55,648 nucleotides of DNA from positions 2,860 to 58,507 of the forward strand of contig JAAOMT010000737.1 of assembly GCA_016748015.1 (NCBI GenBank), written 5' to 3'. Source of the stretch: Geosiphon pyriformis uo1 (Eukaryota > Fungi > Glomeromycota). The position numbers and the translations under genes are program-made. Position 1 is the first letter of the stretch. The number at the start of each line of letters is the position of its first letter. The notes under the pieces are model-generated. The model was not told the DNA's origin. It was given only the letters and a program-made list of their open reading frames with translations, and ran no database searches. Below, one piece after another: positions 36,384-50,072 of the stretch.

Positions 36384-39300
36384 AATCTTGACAACTATCT
36401 CTACATATATTCTATACAGCACTACTACTCAATGCCAGCCAAATTATCATTGACCAAAATTAATTTGCATCAATTGTAACAAGAAATTGTTAACAATAGG
36501 TGCATATTATGGCAATAATAAGAAATGACCAATAGTTACCAAATACTATTGCCACTTATACATTCTTGAATGCTTTAGACAACTAAAAAAACAAGGAAAA
36601 TAAGACAACAAACTATGTTTTGCTTATGGGGAAACTCTTTTAGACAAAGAAATATGAAATAACATTTCTGGTCATGAAAAAACATGTGATAAATTGTGTT
36701 AATATATGATTCTGATTAGCAATTAGATAAGAAAAAAAATGCCCATAAATGCTGTCTGGAGAAGAGCTGTAAAATGACTAGATAGTTGTCCACACTACAA
36801 TGACAAAATATGGAAAATAGCAATCACCAAAATCGAAGATGTAATATTAAAAGAAATCAAAATAATAAAAAACAACCCACCAAAACCAAAAGAGATTATT
36901 TGGGTCTCAAATTCAAATATTATTCTTGATATAATGGATTTTAAACAATTCCATAAACACTACCAAGAATTAGCACTTATTAGGGAAGAATAAAAACAAT
37001 ATTTAGAAAAGCTAAATACTTAACTTTGTGACTACTGTTTAATATCATGTGACTTTTAATATTGTAATAAGTGTGATCTTATTTATAATCCATTAGCATA
37101 CATAATCTACATAATTTCCAAAGAGGAAAAACCAATAAACAACTGTGCCTCAGAATCAGAATTGAAGTTCAAGCCCAATTCAAACTCTGATGATGATAAC
37201 AAAAACAATAGTTTCAGTTCAGTCCAAAATGACAACACTAATAACAATAATTCAGACTCCAATTTAAACTTAGAATTATACATTGTACTTCCTAATCTAT
37301 CCAAAGAGCAAGAATTAAAATAGTTCAACAATAATAACAAAGATATTATACCAAAACATGTACATGATACTAATACAAAGTTTAATCTAAGATATTCAGA
37401 AAAAAATGCCATAAAATTAAAATCACATTTGCATAACTGCATTGATCTGAAAATAACATTAAAAATTTTAGCAACAACTATGATACAATTAGCATCTAGA
37501 TCTAGTTTAGCAAAAAAAGGAATCAACATTAGAAAAAGAATAATTAATACAGAATATATAGAAAATATTATTGCAATACTACAAAATGACTCAGAAAAAG
37601 AATATATTATTAAATCAAATAAGAAGATAGCACAAGCAATATTCTTATCTCTAGTGAAAATAGCTTAATTAGTGCTAATAGAAAAAAGGAAAAAATTAGG
37701 GATAATAGCAAGAGAGATAAATGGATTTAGATCCATAAGTAGAATAGATATACTAATTAATATGACAGAGGAAAAAATTATTGACAAAAAAAAAATTATC
37801 TTCACCTGTCAATTAATTTTCATTCTGTCATATAGCCAATACATATTAATCATAGAAAAGAAAGTAAAAGATCAGACTCAAATTTTTGAAATAGAAACTA
37901 CAATTTGTAAATCAGAAAAGATTGGACTCACTAATTTTTACATACTAGCCAAAAGCTCTAAACACATAAAAATTTTTATTTACAATACAACAGAAGAAAT
38001 TATTGAAATATTAAGCAGAACTATCATTGAATACTTAAGCACTGAAGTTGAAAACCAACCATCAAGCACTATTCCAAATTTTTCACAACTTTGCCAATAT
38101 GTGGATATCACATCACAAATAATATAAAGACAAAAAGAATGTTATTTGCTCCAATCAGAACAATTAAAACAAATAAACTTGGAAAACTTAGATCTACTTC
38201 AACAGATGCAGCTCAAAATGTTGTTTAACAATTTTACTGATATCTTTGCCAGTGAAAATAAATTCAGCAGAACCAACATTATACAACATCAAATCAAAAC
38301 TGGAGACATAATACCAATCAAACAATGAGCATACTGAGTGCCACCAGCCAGCCATAAGATCATCTGACAAGAAATTAACAGAATGTTAAACAATGAGTTA
38401 ATTCAATTATCAATAAGTCTATGATCATTACTGGTAGTACTAATCCATAAAAAATTCACTTTTGTGTAGATTATAGAAATCTCAATGATATAATTTGTAA
38501 AGACAGCTATCCTACTTCACAAATTCAAGAATTATTTGATGCTTTTGAAGGAAAAAAATGGTTTTTTATTTTAGACTTGAATAATAGTTACTGGCAGATA
38601 GCTATGAATTCAGTTAACAAAGAGAAAACTGTGTTTACTACCAGAAAAGAAAATTTCGAATTTGAAATCATGCCATTCAGTTTAACCAATGCTCCAGCCA
38701 TATTTTAATGATTGATGGAAATTGTTTATATTAGACTGCTATGGAAAACAATAATTGTATATTTGGATAACACTAATGTGTTCTCAAGAACATTTAATAA
38801 TTATTTGTATCATCTCTAGTAAGTGTTCAAAAGATTGCAAAGAGCAGAATTAAAACTAAATACAACCAAGTGCTTTTTTGGCAAAACAGAATTAAAATTT
38901 TTAGGACATATTGTAAGCAAAAATGGCATTAAGACAGATTTAAACAAGATTGAGATTGTTAAAAACTTTTCAGTATCAACCAATATGACAAAACTACAAA
39001 CATTCTTAGAATTTACTGAATATTATTGTTATTTTATCCAAAATTTTTCCAAACTGGCTTAATCACTCTACTAGCTTCAAGCCAAAAATATAAAATATGA
39101 ATAGAATAAAACACAACAAAAAGCTTTTGACACTTTAAGAAAAAAGCTTATTCATACACTAGTATTGATTTATTTAGATCACAACAAGCCATTCATTATT
39201 ATCACTAATGTATCTGGTCAAATATTGAGAGCTGTACTATTTCAGAAAGGACCAGATGGACAAAAACATTCAGTAGTATACATCAATTGAAGTTTGAGTC

Positions 39301-39563
39301 CAGCTGAAAAGAACTATGAAACACTGGCACTAAAACACTTAGCAATCTATTGGGCAGTCATGAAATAAAAGAAATATTTAAGCCAGAAATTCAACATATA
39401 TACTGATTACAAAGAATTGACATCAATTTAGAAGTAAAAATTTGGAGATAACTATCACACCAGATAAAAAATAGAACTTTCATCATTCAAATATACAGTA
39501 CATTATAAAAAGAGAAAAGAAAACAAAAATGCTGACAGCTTATTACAAATAAAACAAATCTAA
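34620..39563 (+). pseudogene. B Gag C-terminal part-PR-Cys-rich-dUTPase-RT-RNaseH (heavily decayed)
   Basis: CHNCGKQSYIRINC, decayed protease LIFNSGLAD, LASRSSLAKKG and KIAQAIF (dUTPase about 37345-37745), RT and RNaseH ending NADSLLQIKQI-stop. Confidence 0.9.
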
Positions 39564-39593
39564 CAACATTTCAACCCAAAAATATAACAAAAG

Positions 39594-40095
39594 ATGAATA
39601 CACAAAAATATCAACAACTTCAGCAATATATTAATACTCAAGAGTTTAAGAAGAAATTATCTCAAAAAAAACAAAACAACATAAAACAACAATCAAAATA
39701 TTTTATTACTTACCAAAATATACTATATTAGAAAAACAGAAAGAATTCAGATTAACTATTCAGAGTAATCACAGAATCAGAAAAAGAAACAATACTATAT
39801 AACATGTACTCAGATTCAACAACAGAACATTTTCATAAAGAAGCAACTATAGAAAGAACCAGGAAAAAATATTATTGACCATCAATGTATTTAGACATTA
39901 TCTAATATGTTCAAAATTGTGATGCTTGTCAAAGAAGAAAAGAAACAAGATCCAGCAAACCATTAAGACCAATTAAAGTGAGACAATTATTTAATAGAAT
40001 TGGAATTGACTTAGTTAAACCATTAACAATAACCAGCAAAGACAATCAGTATATAGCAGTAGCTATGAACTATCTTATAAAATGACCAGAGGTGA
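39594..40095 (+). pseudogene. B integrase, 5' part
   Basis: MNTQKYQQL start, CDACQ, IGIDLV; cut by E at K(W)PEA. Confidence 0.88.
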
Positions 40096-40896
40096 TGTTA
40101 CTCATAGAATATAGGAAACATATATTAGCATAAATTAGCCAATCAGAAATAACCATAATAAATATGAAATTCTGGAATTTCTCTTAAAAAGAATTCCAGA
40201 AATTTCAGGATTCTCATATAAGAAATCACAGGATTCCTGGTGTAAAGAATTGAGGAATCAAAGAATCTTAATTATGTATATATAGCAGTAGTATTAGAAG
40301 GAGAAAAAAACAGAATCTTTTTAGTTAAAGACCTCTCAGTTTAGATCTGATCTAAGCAACCTTCTATTTACAAATATCAATAAATAATTATTCACTATCT
40401 CAATTCACTCTTCACTATCAACACTTCATGTTGATAGTAATTAATACTTAACTACACAGGAACAATAACTCTTGATTATGACTATTAACAGAATACTAAC
40501 TTGCAATTGCTTTTGTTTATTTCTTTATCTTTTTTTATTTTTTTTATTTTCTTTGTATTTTTTGTTGGTTGATTAATTGATTAAAAATTAAAGCACTGAG
40601 TTACAGATGTCATAGAGATTGGTAAAAAACCTGTGAAACAAAGGTAGAACACTCATAAATTTGAGGATAACTTATCAGGAAGATTACCGGCCACCACGCT
40701 GAGAAAAAAATTTGACAGAATTGTGATTTTGAGAGGCTACTGAAACAACTATTAAATCTCTGTCTATTATACAAAGAACTCTGCAACAAAACCTTCAGAT
40801 TAATCAAACCTTTAGAGATCAACACCAGAATACCAATCAAGCACCAAGTTACGGATTTATTATTGGTTTTGAGACCCCAAATAAACATCTATAACA
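40096..40896 (+). repeat. E 5' LTR (801 bp)
   Basis: TGTTACTC...ATAACA; matches 49210-50072 apart from fewer U3 repeat units. Confidence 0.93.
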
Positions 40897-40958
40897 TTTG
40901 GTGCTCCTTGTAAGATATAATTCTACAGAGAACCAGCATCAACAACAATCATCCAAAA

Positions 40959-43900
40959 GTGACAGAATCAAAAATCATAGGAGCAAACTATTTAAAATTT
41001 GCCAAATTCTTGTTTCAACAGTACAGTCAACAATTAGGATTAAACAATAACCACTTTCCAACAGAATTAGTCTTTAACTTCTACATCAATGATAAAATCA
41101 CAGACTGCTTAGGAGGAACAGTTGACATTGAATCCATAAGAGAAAACTTTTATACAGAATTATTTCAACACATTAGCTTACCAAGAAACTACAGTTTCAT
41201 ACCAATCATCAGGGAAATCAATCAAACCATTAAAAAGTATACACAACAACAATTTCTCATCACCTACGCAAACAAAGGCAAAGGAAGATTGCAAACACCA
41301 ACAGTAACACCAAAACAAATACAACCACTCACTTGAAAGAAAACCAGAATTGAATCACCAACAAACCCATCATACCACTATACATCTAGAAGTGCCATTA
41401 ACATTTTATCAACAGATGCATTCACATTACATGCAACATCAACATTTGGATAACTCCTATTTCAAAGTAAACAAAAGAAAACAGAATTACTAGGAACCTA
41501 CAGCAATTATTTTGAAAAATTTAAATTGTGATCACCAATGCCATCAGGATTCTGATCACCACCACTTCAACCTGATTTCAGAAATGTGAGTCTCTGGGAG
41601 ATAACAGAATCAGAAAAGGAGGAAGAAGAAGAAATCAAAGATCAAAAATTTACTTACTAAAACCCAATTCTGGAAAACTTAAACATTAAAGCTCTGAACT
41701 TTCAGATTCAGCAAGATCCAAATTTAGAAAATCCAGAAGTTGAAACTCCAAATTTTCAAACTCAGCAAAATTAGAACAATCAAAACCCCAGCATTAATAA
41801 TCAACAACACTTACCTCCAGTAATCATCATCAATCAATTACTAATTGAACCGATTATTGAACCAATTCAACAGCAATCACTTCAACCACCCCAACAACCA
41901 CAACAGCCACTGCAACAGCCATAACCACTACTTCAACAATAGCAACAACAATTCATGGCATTTGCACCAATTGTGAAATTAGAAAGATTTACCAGCAAAG
42001 AAAATGATGCCCAGGCATAAATCAATGACATTGCCAAAGCAATTACAGCAAATAACTGGAATAACAACAGAGCCCTCCAAGCAATTCTATACTTTTTTCA
42101 AGATACTGCCGACTTGTGATATCAAGGTTTAGCCACCAAACCTCAAATATTTCAGAAATTCAGAGTTGTGGAATATTTCAGTAATAATAACAGTATTAAT
42201 CACTTAACCAACACTTTCACCACAATTAAACAGGGAGAAACTAATGCAGTTACCATTTACTTGGGATGTTTCCACAGGAATTTGTGCCAAATTCAAGCAA
42301 TCTAAGCTGACTATTTTACAGCACCACAGATTCTAAACCAATTCATTCATAGACTGTATAGTAGTTTTCTCCAATGCATATGCCCAATGCACTCACAAAC
42401 TCTTTAGAACACAGTTACTAATGTGAGAAATTTTGAATTGGCAGAACTTAAAGCAAACCATATCCAAGCCATTAATCTGGTCATAAATAGATCATCTGAC
42501 TTGGATTCCAAATTGAAACAGCTCAATGATTCAATTAATCAGAAATTGGAAAGATACTTAGTTGATAATCATGCAATTTATTAGCCACCTCAATAATGTA
42601 ATAATTCTGGAAGCATAAATTGCTCACTAAATTAGTTGTGTCCATCATCTTTAACCAATCAAATGTGGCAGCAAGAGACGTATGTTTGCCATTACTGTGG
42701 TAAACAAGGACATTTGAGAATTGATTGTAGGTTAAAACTAGATAACCAACAATTGGGAAATCAATATCAAAACTCTAATTGCAGGTTTCAGACTACAAAT
42801 TATCAATCAAACCCAGAACTGTATCAACTGAATTATCTACTTATAACACAACAGCCAATTTATTAACCACCAGTTTATCAGCCAACAACACCAGTAATCT
42901 ATCAACCACAGTCTCAGTCTATCTATCAGCCACAGTCTCAAGTAATCTATCAACCCCAACAAATTCAAACACTGCCACAAAACTTATCTCAAAATGGAAC
43001 CCAAAGGCCAAAACTAACACAACAAAGCTAAAGATTGTTGATAGTAGTCCATCAACTGATCTCCAGTTCCTCGAACCAGCCATCAGGATCTCGACAATGG
43101 AATTTAGGCACTGGATATACCCAAAACCCAAATGCTCAACAGTATTTAAGTCTTTTGATTACCTCAGAAGATGTCTCACCCAACAATCAGGAATTCAAAC
43201 AGAAGTAGCCACTTACCAGTAATATTCCACCAACAATCATCTCCAATGAAGATATTCCTAGCAGCTATTTTTTCTTTCAAACTAGAAGAAACTACACCAG
43301 TCTTATTATTTAGTAAAGCTGCTCTTGACACCAAACTGATCACTGCCATGTATACTGACACAAAAGTTGATGATCATGCCATCAAACTAATTCTAGACAA
43401 TGAATCAGCTGGCAGCATTATTACATGACAACTTATGAACCAATTAGGTTGCCGAGTTGATCACACTGCCAGTACATACATAATCACTGCTGATGGAGCA
43501 ACCAAAACTCCAATCGGCAAGATTAATGACCTCCCTATAGAGGTCAATAGCATTATTGTACCAATCAAAGCATTAATTATGGAGACTACTCAATATCAAG
43601 CACTCGTTGATAATAATTGGCTGTCTAAAGCCAACACAATGCTTGATTGGAACACCCAAAAGCTCCAGATTAGTCAAAACGGTTGACACCTATGTGTACC
43701 AGCCATGTGTGGCCACTTCAAGTCTATTAACATGATATTAGCTCCATTTATTGAGTTCAAAAAAGAGGAAAAAAAACTTACCTGGGAAGCCTATCAAGTC
43801 TCCTAGGCCAACACAGAACACAACAAACTACTGCCAATACTATCATGGGATGACAAAAGAAAAGAAAGAAGAGAAGAAGAACTTACTAAAAAAACCAACC

Positions 43901-46900
43901 AAAGTTATTGGAACTGTAATAGTCAAAGCAAGCAAACACTAATTTGGACTTGAAAAGAGAAGGGAAAAAGGAAAGAAGAAAGACCAGAATCAGTCACTAC
44001 TCTAACATATACCCTATATATTTACTCTCAATCACCACAATTACATTATTGTCAACCAAAGCTCATATGTGTCAATTGTGGCAAGAAATTGTTATCAATA
44101 AGTGCATACTATAATAACAATGAGGAATACCTAACAGCAACTAAATTTTATTGTTATCCATGTGTCATTGAACACTTTGAAAGACCAAAACAAGTTGGAA
44201 AATGAGATAATGAGCTGTGCTTAGCTTGTGGTAAAACTCTCCTTGATAAAGAAATATGAAATAACATTCTTGAGAAAGGAGAAACATGCAATGAATTGTG
44301 TTAGTACACAATTCTCATAAGTGACTGGGTAAGAAAAAGAATGCCTATAGACACTGCCTGAAGATGAGCAGTCAAATGCTTGGACAGATGTTTACACGAT
44401 GATAACAAAATTTGGCAAATAGCTCTTGCCAAAATCAAAGAGTGTCACCAAAAGAAATAAAGATGATCAAAAACAACTCTCCTGAGCCCATAGAACTTGA
44501 CTAGGACCCAGAACCAGTCATAAATCTTCTAAATCCAGAACAATTTCATGAACACTACCAGGAATTAGCACCTACTAGAAAAGAACAAGAGCAATAGTTG
44601 GAAGAAATAAATACAAGACTATGTGACAATTGTTTATCTCATGTGACTTTCAATATTGTAATGAGTGTAATCTCATTTACAATCCACCAATTCACATGAT
44701 CTACATGATCTCAGAAGAGGAGAAACCAATCAGCAGCTGTGCATCAGAATTGAAATCAACTTTCAATTCCAATTCAAACTCCAACAATGACAACAATAAA
44801 AACAATAGTTCCAGCTCTGCTCAATATAACAATGAAAAATATAGCAATTTGAACTCTGATTTAAAACCCAAAACATACATTACACTCCTTGATCTCACCA
44901 AAAAACAGGAACTTAAATGGTTTAGTGATAATAATAAAGGTATTATGCCAGAATGCACACATAATACTAATACAAGGTTTGATCTGAGATATCTGGGAAA
45001 AGATTCCATCAAATTAGAACTCCATTTGCACATTTGCATTGATCTCAAAATAACACTGAAAATTTCAGCAACAATAATGGTTTAGTTAGCATCTAGGAGT
45101 AGCTTAGCCAAAAAGAAAATCAACATCAGAAAAGGAATAATTAATGCAGGATATATAAGAAATATTATTGTGATACTACAAAATGACTCAGAAAAGGCAT
45201 ATATCATAGATCTAAATAAAAAAATAGCACAAACAATATTCTTATCTCTGATTAAAATAGCTCAATTAGTATTAGTGAGAAACAGAAAAAAATTAAGGAT
45301 CACAACTAAAGGGATATAGAGATTTGGATCCACAGATAGAATAGATGTACCAGTTAATATGGCAGAGGAAAAAATTATTGACAAGGGAGAAATTATCTCC
45401 ATCCATTAACCAATTTTCATTCCACTATATAACTAGTACATAGTAGTCATAAAAAGAAAAATAAAAGATCAGATACAGATTTTTGAAGTGGAAGTAATAC
45501 TTTGTGAATCAGAAAAGATCGGATTAGTCAATCTATACATACCAGCCAAAAACCACAGCCACATCAAAATTCCTATTTACAACAATATGAGAGACATTAT
45601 CAAGATACCAGAAAAAACCACCATTGGATACTTGACCACAAAAATTGAAGACCAATTCTTAGACACCATTCCAAACTTTTTACAACTGTGTGGATATGTA
45701 GATATCACATCTCAAACTATATATGGATGAGAAAAATGTTATTTGCTCCAATCAGAACAATTAGAACAAATGAACATAGAAAACTTAGATCCATTACAAC
45801 ATCAAATCAAGACTGGAGATGTAATGCCAATTAAACAGAGAGCATATAAAATACCACCAGCTAGCCATAAGATTATTTGTTAAGAAATCAATTGGATGCT
45901 TAACAATGGGTTAATTCAGTCATCAATGAGTCCATGGTTGTCACCAGTAGTACTAGTCCAAAAGAAGAATGGGAAAATCTGCTTTTGTGTAAATTACCGA
46001 AAGTTGAATGAAGTAACTAAAAGAGATAGCTATCCAATGCCAAAAATCCAAGAGCTGTTTGATGCTTTTGGAGAAAAGAAATGGTTTTCAACATTAGACT
46101 TAAACAGTAGTTACTGGCAAGTAGCCATGAAACCAGAAGACAAGAAAAAAACAGCTTTTACAACTCAAGAAGGAAATTTTGAATTTGAAATAATGTCATT
46201 TGGCTTGATGAATGCTCCAGCAACATTCCAATGGCTTATGAAAATTGTCTATACTAGATTACTGTGGAAATTAGTAGTTGTTTACTTAGATAACACCAAT
46301 GTATTCTCAGAGACATTTGATGATCATCTGCATTATCTCCAACAAGTGTTTAAAAGATTGAAAAGAGCAGGATTGAAATTAAATATGACCAAGTGTTTTT
46401 TTAGCAAAACAGAGTTGAAACTTTTAGGACACGTCATAAGCAAAGATGGCATTAAAACGGATCCAAATAAAATTGCAATAGTAAAGAACTTTTCAGTACC
46501 AACCAACTTAACAGAACTGAGAGCATTTTTGGGATTTGCTGAATATTATTGCCATTTCATTAAAGATTTTTCTAAACTGGCCCAGCCATTTCATCACTTA
46601 CAAACTAAGAATATAAAATATGAATAGACAGAAGCTCAACAAGAAGCATTTGACACACTAAAAAGAAAGCTTATTCAAGCTCTAGTGTTAATGTATCCAG
46701 ATTACAACAAATCATTCATCATTACCACCAATATATTAGGCCAGACATTGGGAGCAATACTATCACAAAAAAAACCAGATGGAAGAGAACATCCAATAGC
46801 TTATGTCAGTAGAAGCTTAAGTTCAGTAGAAAAAAACTATAGTACTTCAGCACTAGAACACTTAGCTATCTATTGAGCTGTTATCAAGTGGAAAGAATAC

Positions 46901-47086
46901 TTGAGTCAAAAATTTGATATGTACACTGATCACAAAGGATTGACTTTAATTCAGAAGCAAAAATTTGGAAATGATTGCCATGTCAGATGGAAAATAGAAC
47001 TTTCACCATTCAATTATACAGTACATTATAAAAAGAGAAAAGACAATGGAAATACTGATGGTTTGTTGCAAATAAAACAAATCTAA
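40959..47086 (+). pseudogene. E Gag-PR-Cys-rich-dUTPase-spacer-RT-RNaseH
   Basis: GTG at 40959, MAFAPIVKLERF at 41955, CHYCGKQGHLRIDC, LILDNESAG, dUTPase about 44941-45340, RT ORF 45896-46627, ends NTDGLLQIKQI-stop. Confidence 0.93.
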
Positions 47087-47118
47087 AAAAACATTTCAAC
47101 CCAAAAATATAACAAAAC

Positions 47119-48495
47119 ATGAATATACAAAAATACCAACAACTCCAACATTATATAAATACTTAATTGTTCAAGGAAAAATTATCTCAAAAAGAACAAA
47201 ACAACATAAAACAGCAATCAAAATATTTTATCAACCATCAAAATATACTTTACCAAAAGAACAAAAGAAATTCAGATCAACTAACCAGAGTAATTACAGA
47301 ACCAGAAAAAGAGACAATATTATTTAACATGTACTTAGATCCAATAGCAGAATATTTTTATAAAGAAGCAACTATGAAAAAAATCAGAAAAAGATACTAT
47401 TGGTCATCAATGTATTCAGATATCATCTAATATGTTCAAAAATGTAATGCTTGTCAGAGAAGAGGTGGAACAAAACCCAGTGAACTATTAAGACTAATTA
47501 AAATGAGACAACCATTCAATTGTATTAAAATTGACTTAGTCGGATCATTAACAATTACCAGTAAAGACAACAGATATATTGCAGTAGCTATAGACTATCT
47601 TACCAAATGGCCAGAAACAAAAGCCATTCAAAGAGCAGATGCAGAATCCATTGCTGAATTTGTTTATCAAGATTTGATCTGTCAACATGAATGTCCAAAA
47701 GAACTATTATTAGATCAAAAAACACACTTTGTGAATAGAACATTGACAGAATTAAGTCAAAGATTTGGGATAAAAAGACCATTATTATTACCATATTATC
47801 CACAAACAAATTGGCTAGTTGAAAAGTTTAACAGAACATTGTGTGAAGCCATTGCCAAAATTAGCCAAAAAAACCAGAATGAATAAGATTTGTTCATACC
47901 ATAAGTATTATTTGTTTATCGAACAATAAAACAAGACACTACATAAACAACACCATTTGAATTAATATATGGTAGAACAGCAATATTACCAGTTAAGATA
48001 GAAGTTAACATTTATCCAACAAAACCAATAATAGAAGACAATTTTCAAGAAACGTTGCTAAAAAGAACATATGAATTAATAGAAACACTAGAAAACAAAT
48101 AGCAAAAAACAGCTGATAATATTCAAAAGTTATAAGAAAAACAAAAAGAAAGACATGATAACCAACTACCAGATAAACTAGTTGAATTCAAGATTGGAGA
48201 CAAAATACTTTTACATTGTATCAAAGCAGAAAAACAATAGAGTAAAAAATTTGACCCCAAATGGGATGGACCATTTCACATAAAAGAAATTCTTGGAAAT
48301 AGAGCTTACAAATTAAGATTGAACAACAAAATCTTAATCAAAACAGCACATGGTGATTGACTGAAACTATATTATCATATAGTGTCACCAACCACTAGTA
48401 ATATTTCACAATTAAGAGTATAGAGAATACTAGTCCAACCAGATAAAATTTTACAAAATCTGGAACCAATCATAATTATTGGACCAAACATGTAA
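47119..48495 (+). pseudogene. E integrase, separate ORF
   Basis: MNIQKYQQL start, CNACQ, DYLTKWPE, PQTNWLVEKFN, KWDGPF; ends LEPIIIIGPNM-stop. Confidence 0.92.
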
Positions 48496-48535
48496 AATTG
48501 AACAATAAAAAGAGAATATAAAAAACATAGTAAAC

Positions 48536-49195
48536 ATGACAGAAAACTTCAGAAAAATAGAAATCACTGACAACATCCACTCATTGGCACAACAAATCTT
48601 TCAATTGATTTAACAACAGAATATGGAAATTACTATCAATTAATAAACCATTAGATACTGAGATACCAGAAAGATACCCAAATACAAAAGTCAAAGAAAA
48701 ACAGAAAACACTATTAACAAAATGGTTCTAAAAATAAAATTAGCAATAGAAGAACCAACAATTGTCACCACATATCAAGAGTTGACCAAAGAAACTTGGA
48801 AATAGTAGATACACAAATTTTCAAAAAACTTTTGTTATTTCTATTTGGAACAATACTTAAATATTCAAAACTTATACACAAATAAAACAAAATGATTATT
48901 TAACACAACAATATTGCAACAACTAGAACAATTTGTGGGCAAAAACAATTTAACAACACAAGCAAAAGTCATCTATTGATTACATGCTGGATTCCAAGAC
49001 AGACCAGAAATTTTACTCAATCTAAAAATAGACTCTATTATAGTTAATTAAATAAAAAAAATAACCAACACCCAATTTGAAAAATTACAGAACAAAATAA
49101 CTCAAGTAATTCTCGAAAAAAAAGTTCAGGAAATACTCAAAGACAGAGAATTAAAGTTAAGAGATTTGGGAGATCTTGATGGAGCTCAATATTAA
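48536..49195 (+). pseudogene. E ORF3 (220 codons)
   Basis: MTENFRKIEI...FCYFYLEQYLNIQNLY...DLDGAQY-stop in one frame; aligns by eye with C1 ORF3. Confidence 0.8.
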
Positions 49196-49209
49196 AAAAG
49201 AGGGAATAA

Positions 49210-50072
49210 TGTTACTTATAGAATATAGAAAATATATATTATCATAAATTAGCCAATCAGAAATAACCATAGTAAATGTAGAATTCCAGAATTTCTCTCA
49301 AGAGAAATTGCAGGATTCCAGGAATTTCAGAATTCTCATATAAGGAATTACAGAATTACAGAATTCTAGGATTCTTCTTAAAAGAAATTGCAGGATTTCA
49401 AGAATTTCAAGATTCCTGGTGTGAGGAATTGAGGAATTAAAGAATCTCAATTATGTATATATAGCAGTAGTATTAGAAGGAGAAAAAAACAGAATTCTTT
49501 TAGTTAGAGACCTCTCAGTTTAGATCTAATCTAAGCAACTTTCTATTCACAAATATCAATAAATAATTATTTACTATCTCAATCTACTCTCCACTATTAA
49601 CACTTTATGTTGATAGTAATTGATACTTAACTACACAGGAACAATAGCTCTTGATTACAGCTATTAATGGGATACTAACTTGCAATTGCTTTTGTTTATT
49701 TTTTTATCTTCTTTTATTTTTTTTATTTTCTTTGTATTTTTTGTTGGTTAACTAATTGATTAAAGATTAAAACACTAAGTTACAGACATCATAGAGGGTA
49801 AAAAACCTGTGAAACAAAGGTAGGACATTTATAGATTTGAGAATAGCTTACCAGGAAGATTACCAGTCACCATGCTGAGAAAGAAATTTGATGGAATTGC
49901 GATTCTGAGAGGCTACTGAAACAACTATTAAATCTCTGTTCATTATACAAAAAACTTTGCAACAAAACCTTCAGATTAATTAAATCTTCAGAAATCAACA
50001 CCAGAATGCTAATCAAGCACCAAGTTATGAATTTATTATTGGCTTTGAAACCTCAAATAAACATCTGTAACA
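49210..50072 (+). repeat. E 3' LTR (863 bp)
   Basis: TGTTAC...CTGTAACA, directly after the PPT. Confidence 0.93.

Larger units (their letters stand above)
40096..50072 (+). mobile_element. Ty3/gypsy element E, structurally complete (9977 bp), inserted in B integrase
   Basis: LTRs at 40096-40896 and 49210-50072; PBS TGGTGCTCCTTGTAAGA at 40899-40915; PPT AAAAAAGAGGGAA; flanks GTGA / GCAA both derive from GCGA. Confidence 0.95.

Noticed and set aside
42779-43222. Ser/Thr-rich alternative-frame ORF over the Gag tail, also at 27766-28173 and 35283-35480, as a frameshift product
   Set aside because: The Gln/Pro-rich frame connects the knuckle to the protease and is broken by CAA>TAA decay. The alternative frame simply has few codons one transition from a stop, and no conserved slippery site was seen.
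48536-49195. ORF3 as an env gene, or the IN tail as a chromodomain
   Set aside because: ORF3 has no signal peptide or transmembrane segment, and the IN tail lacks chromodomain motifs such as YLVKW.
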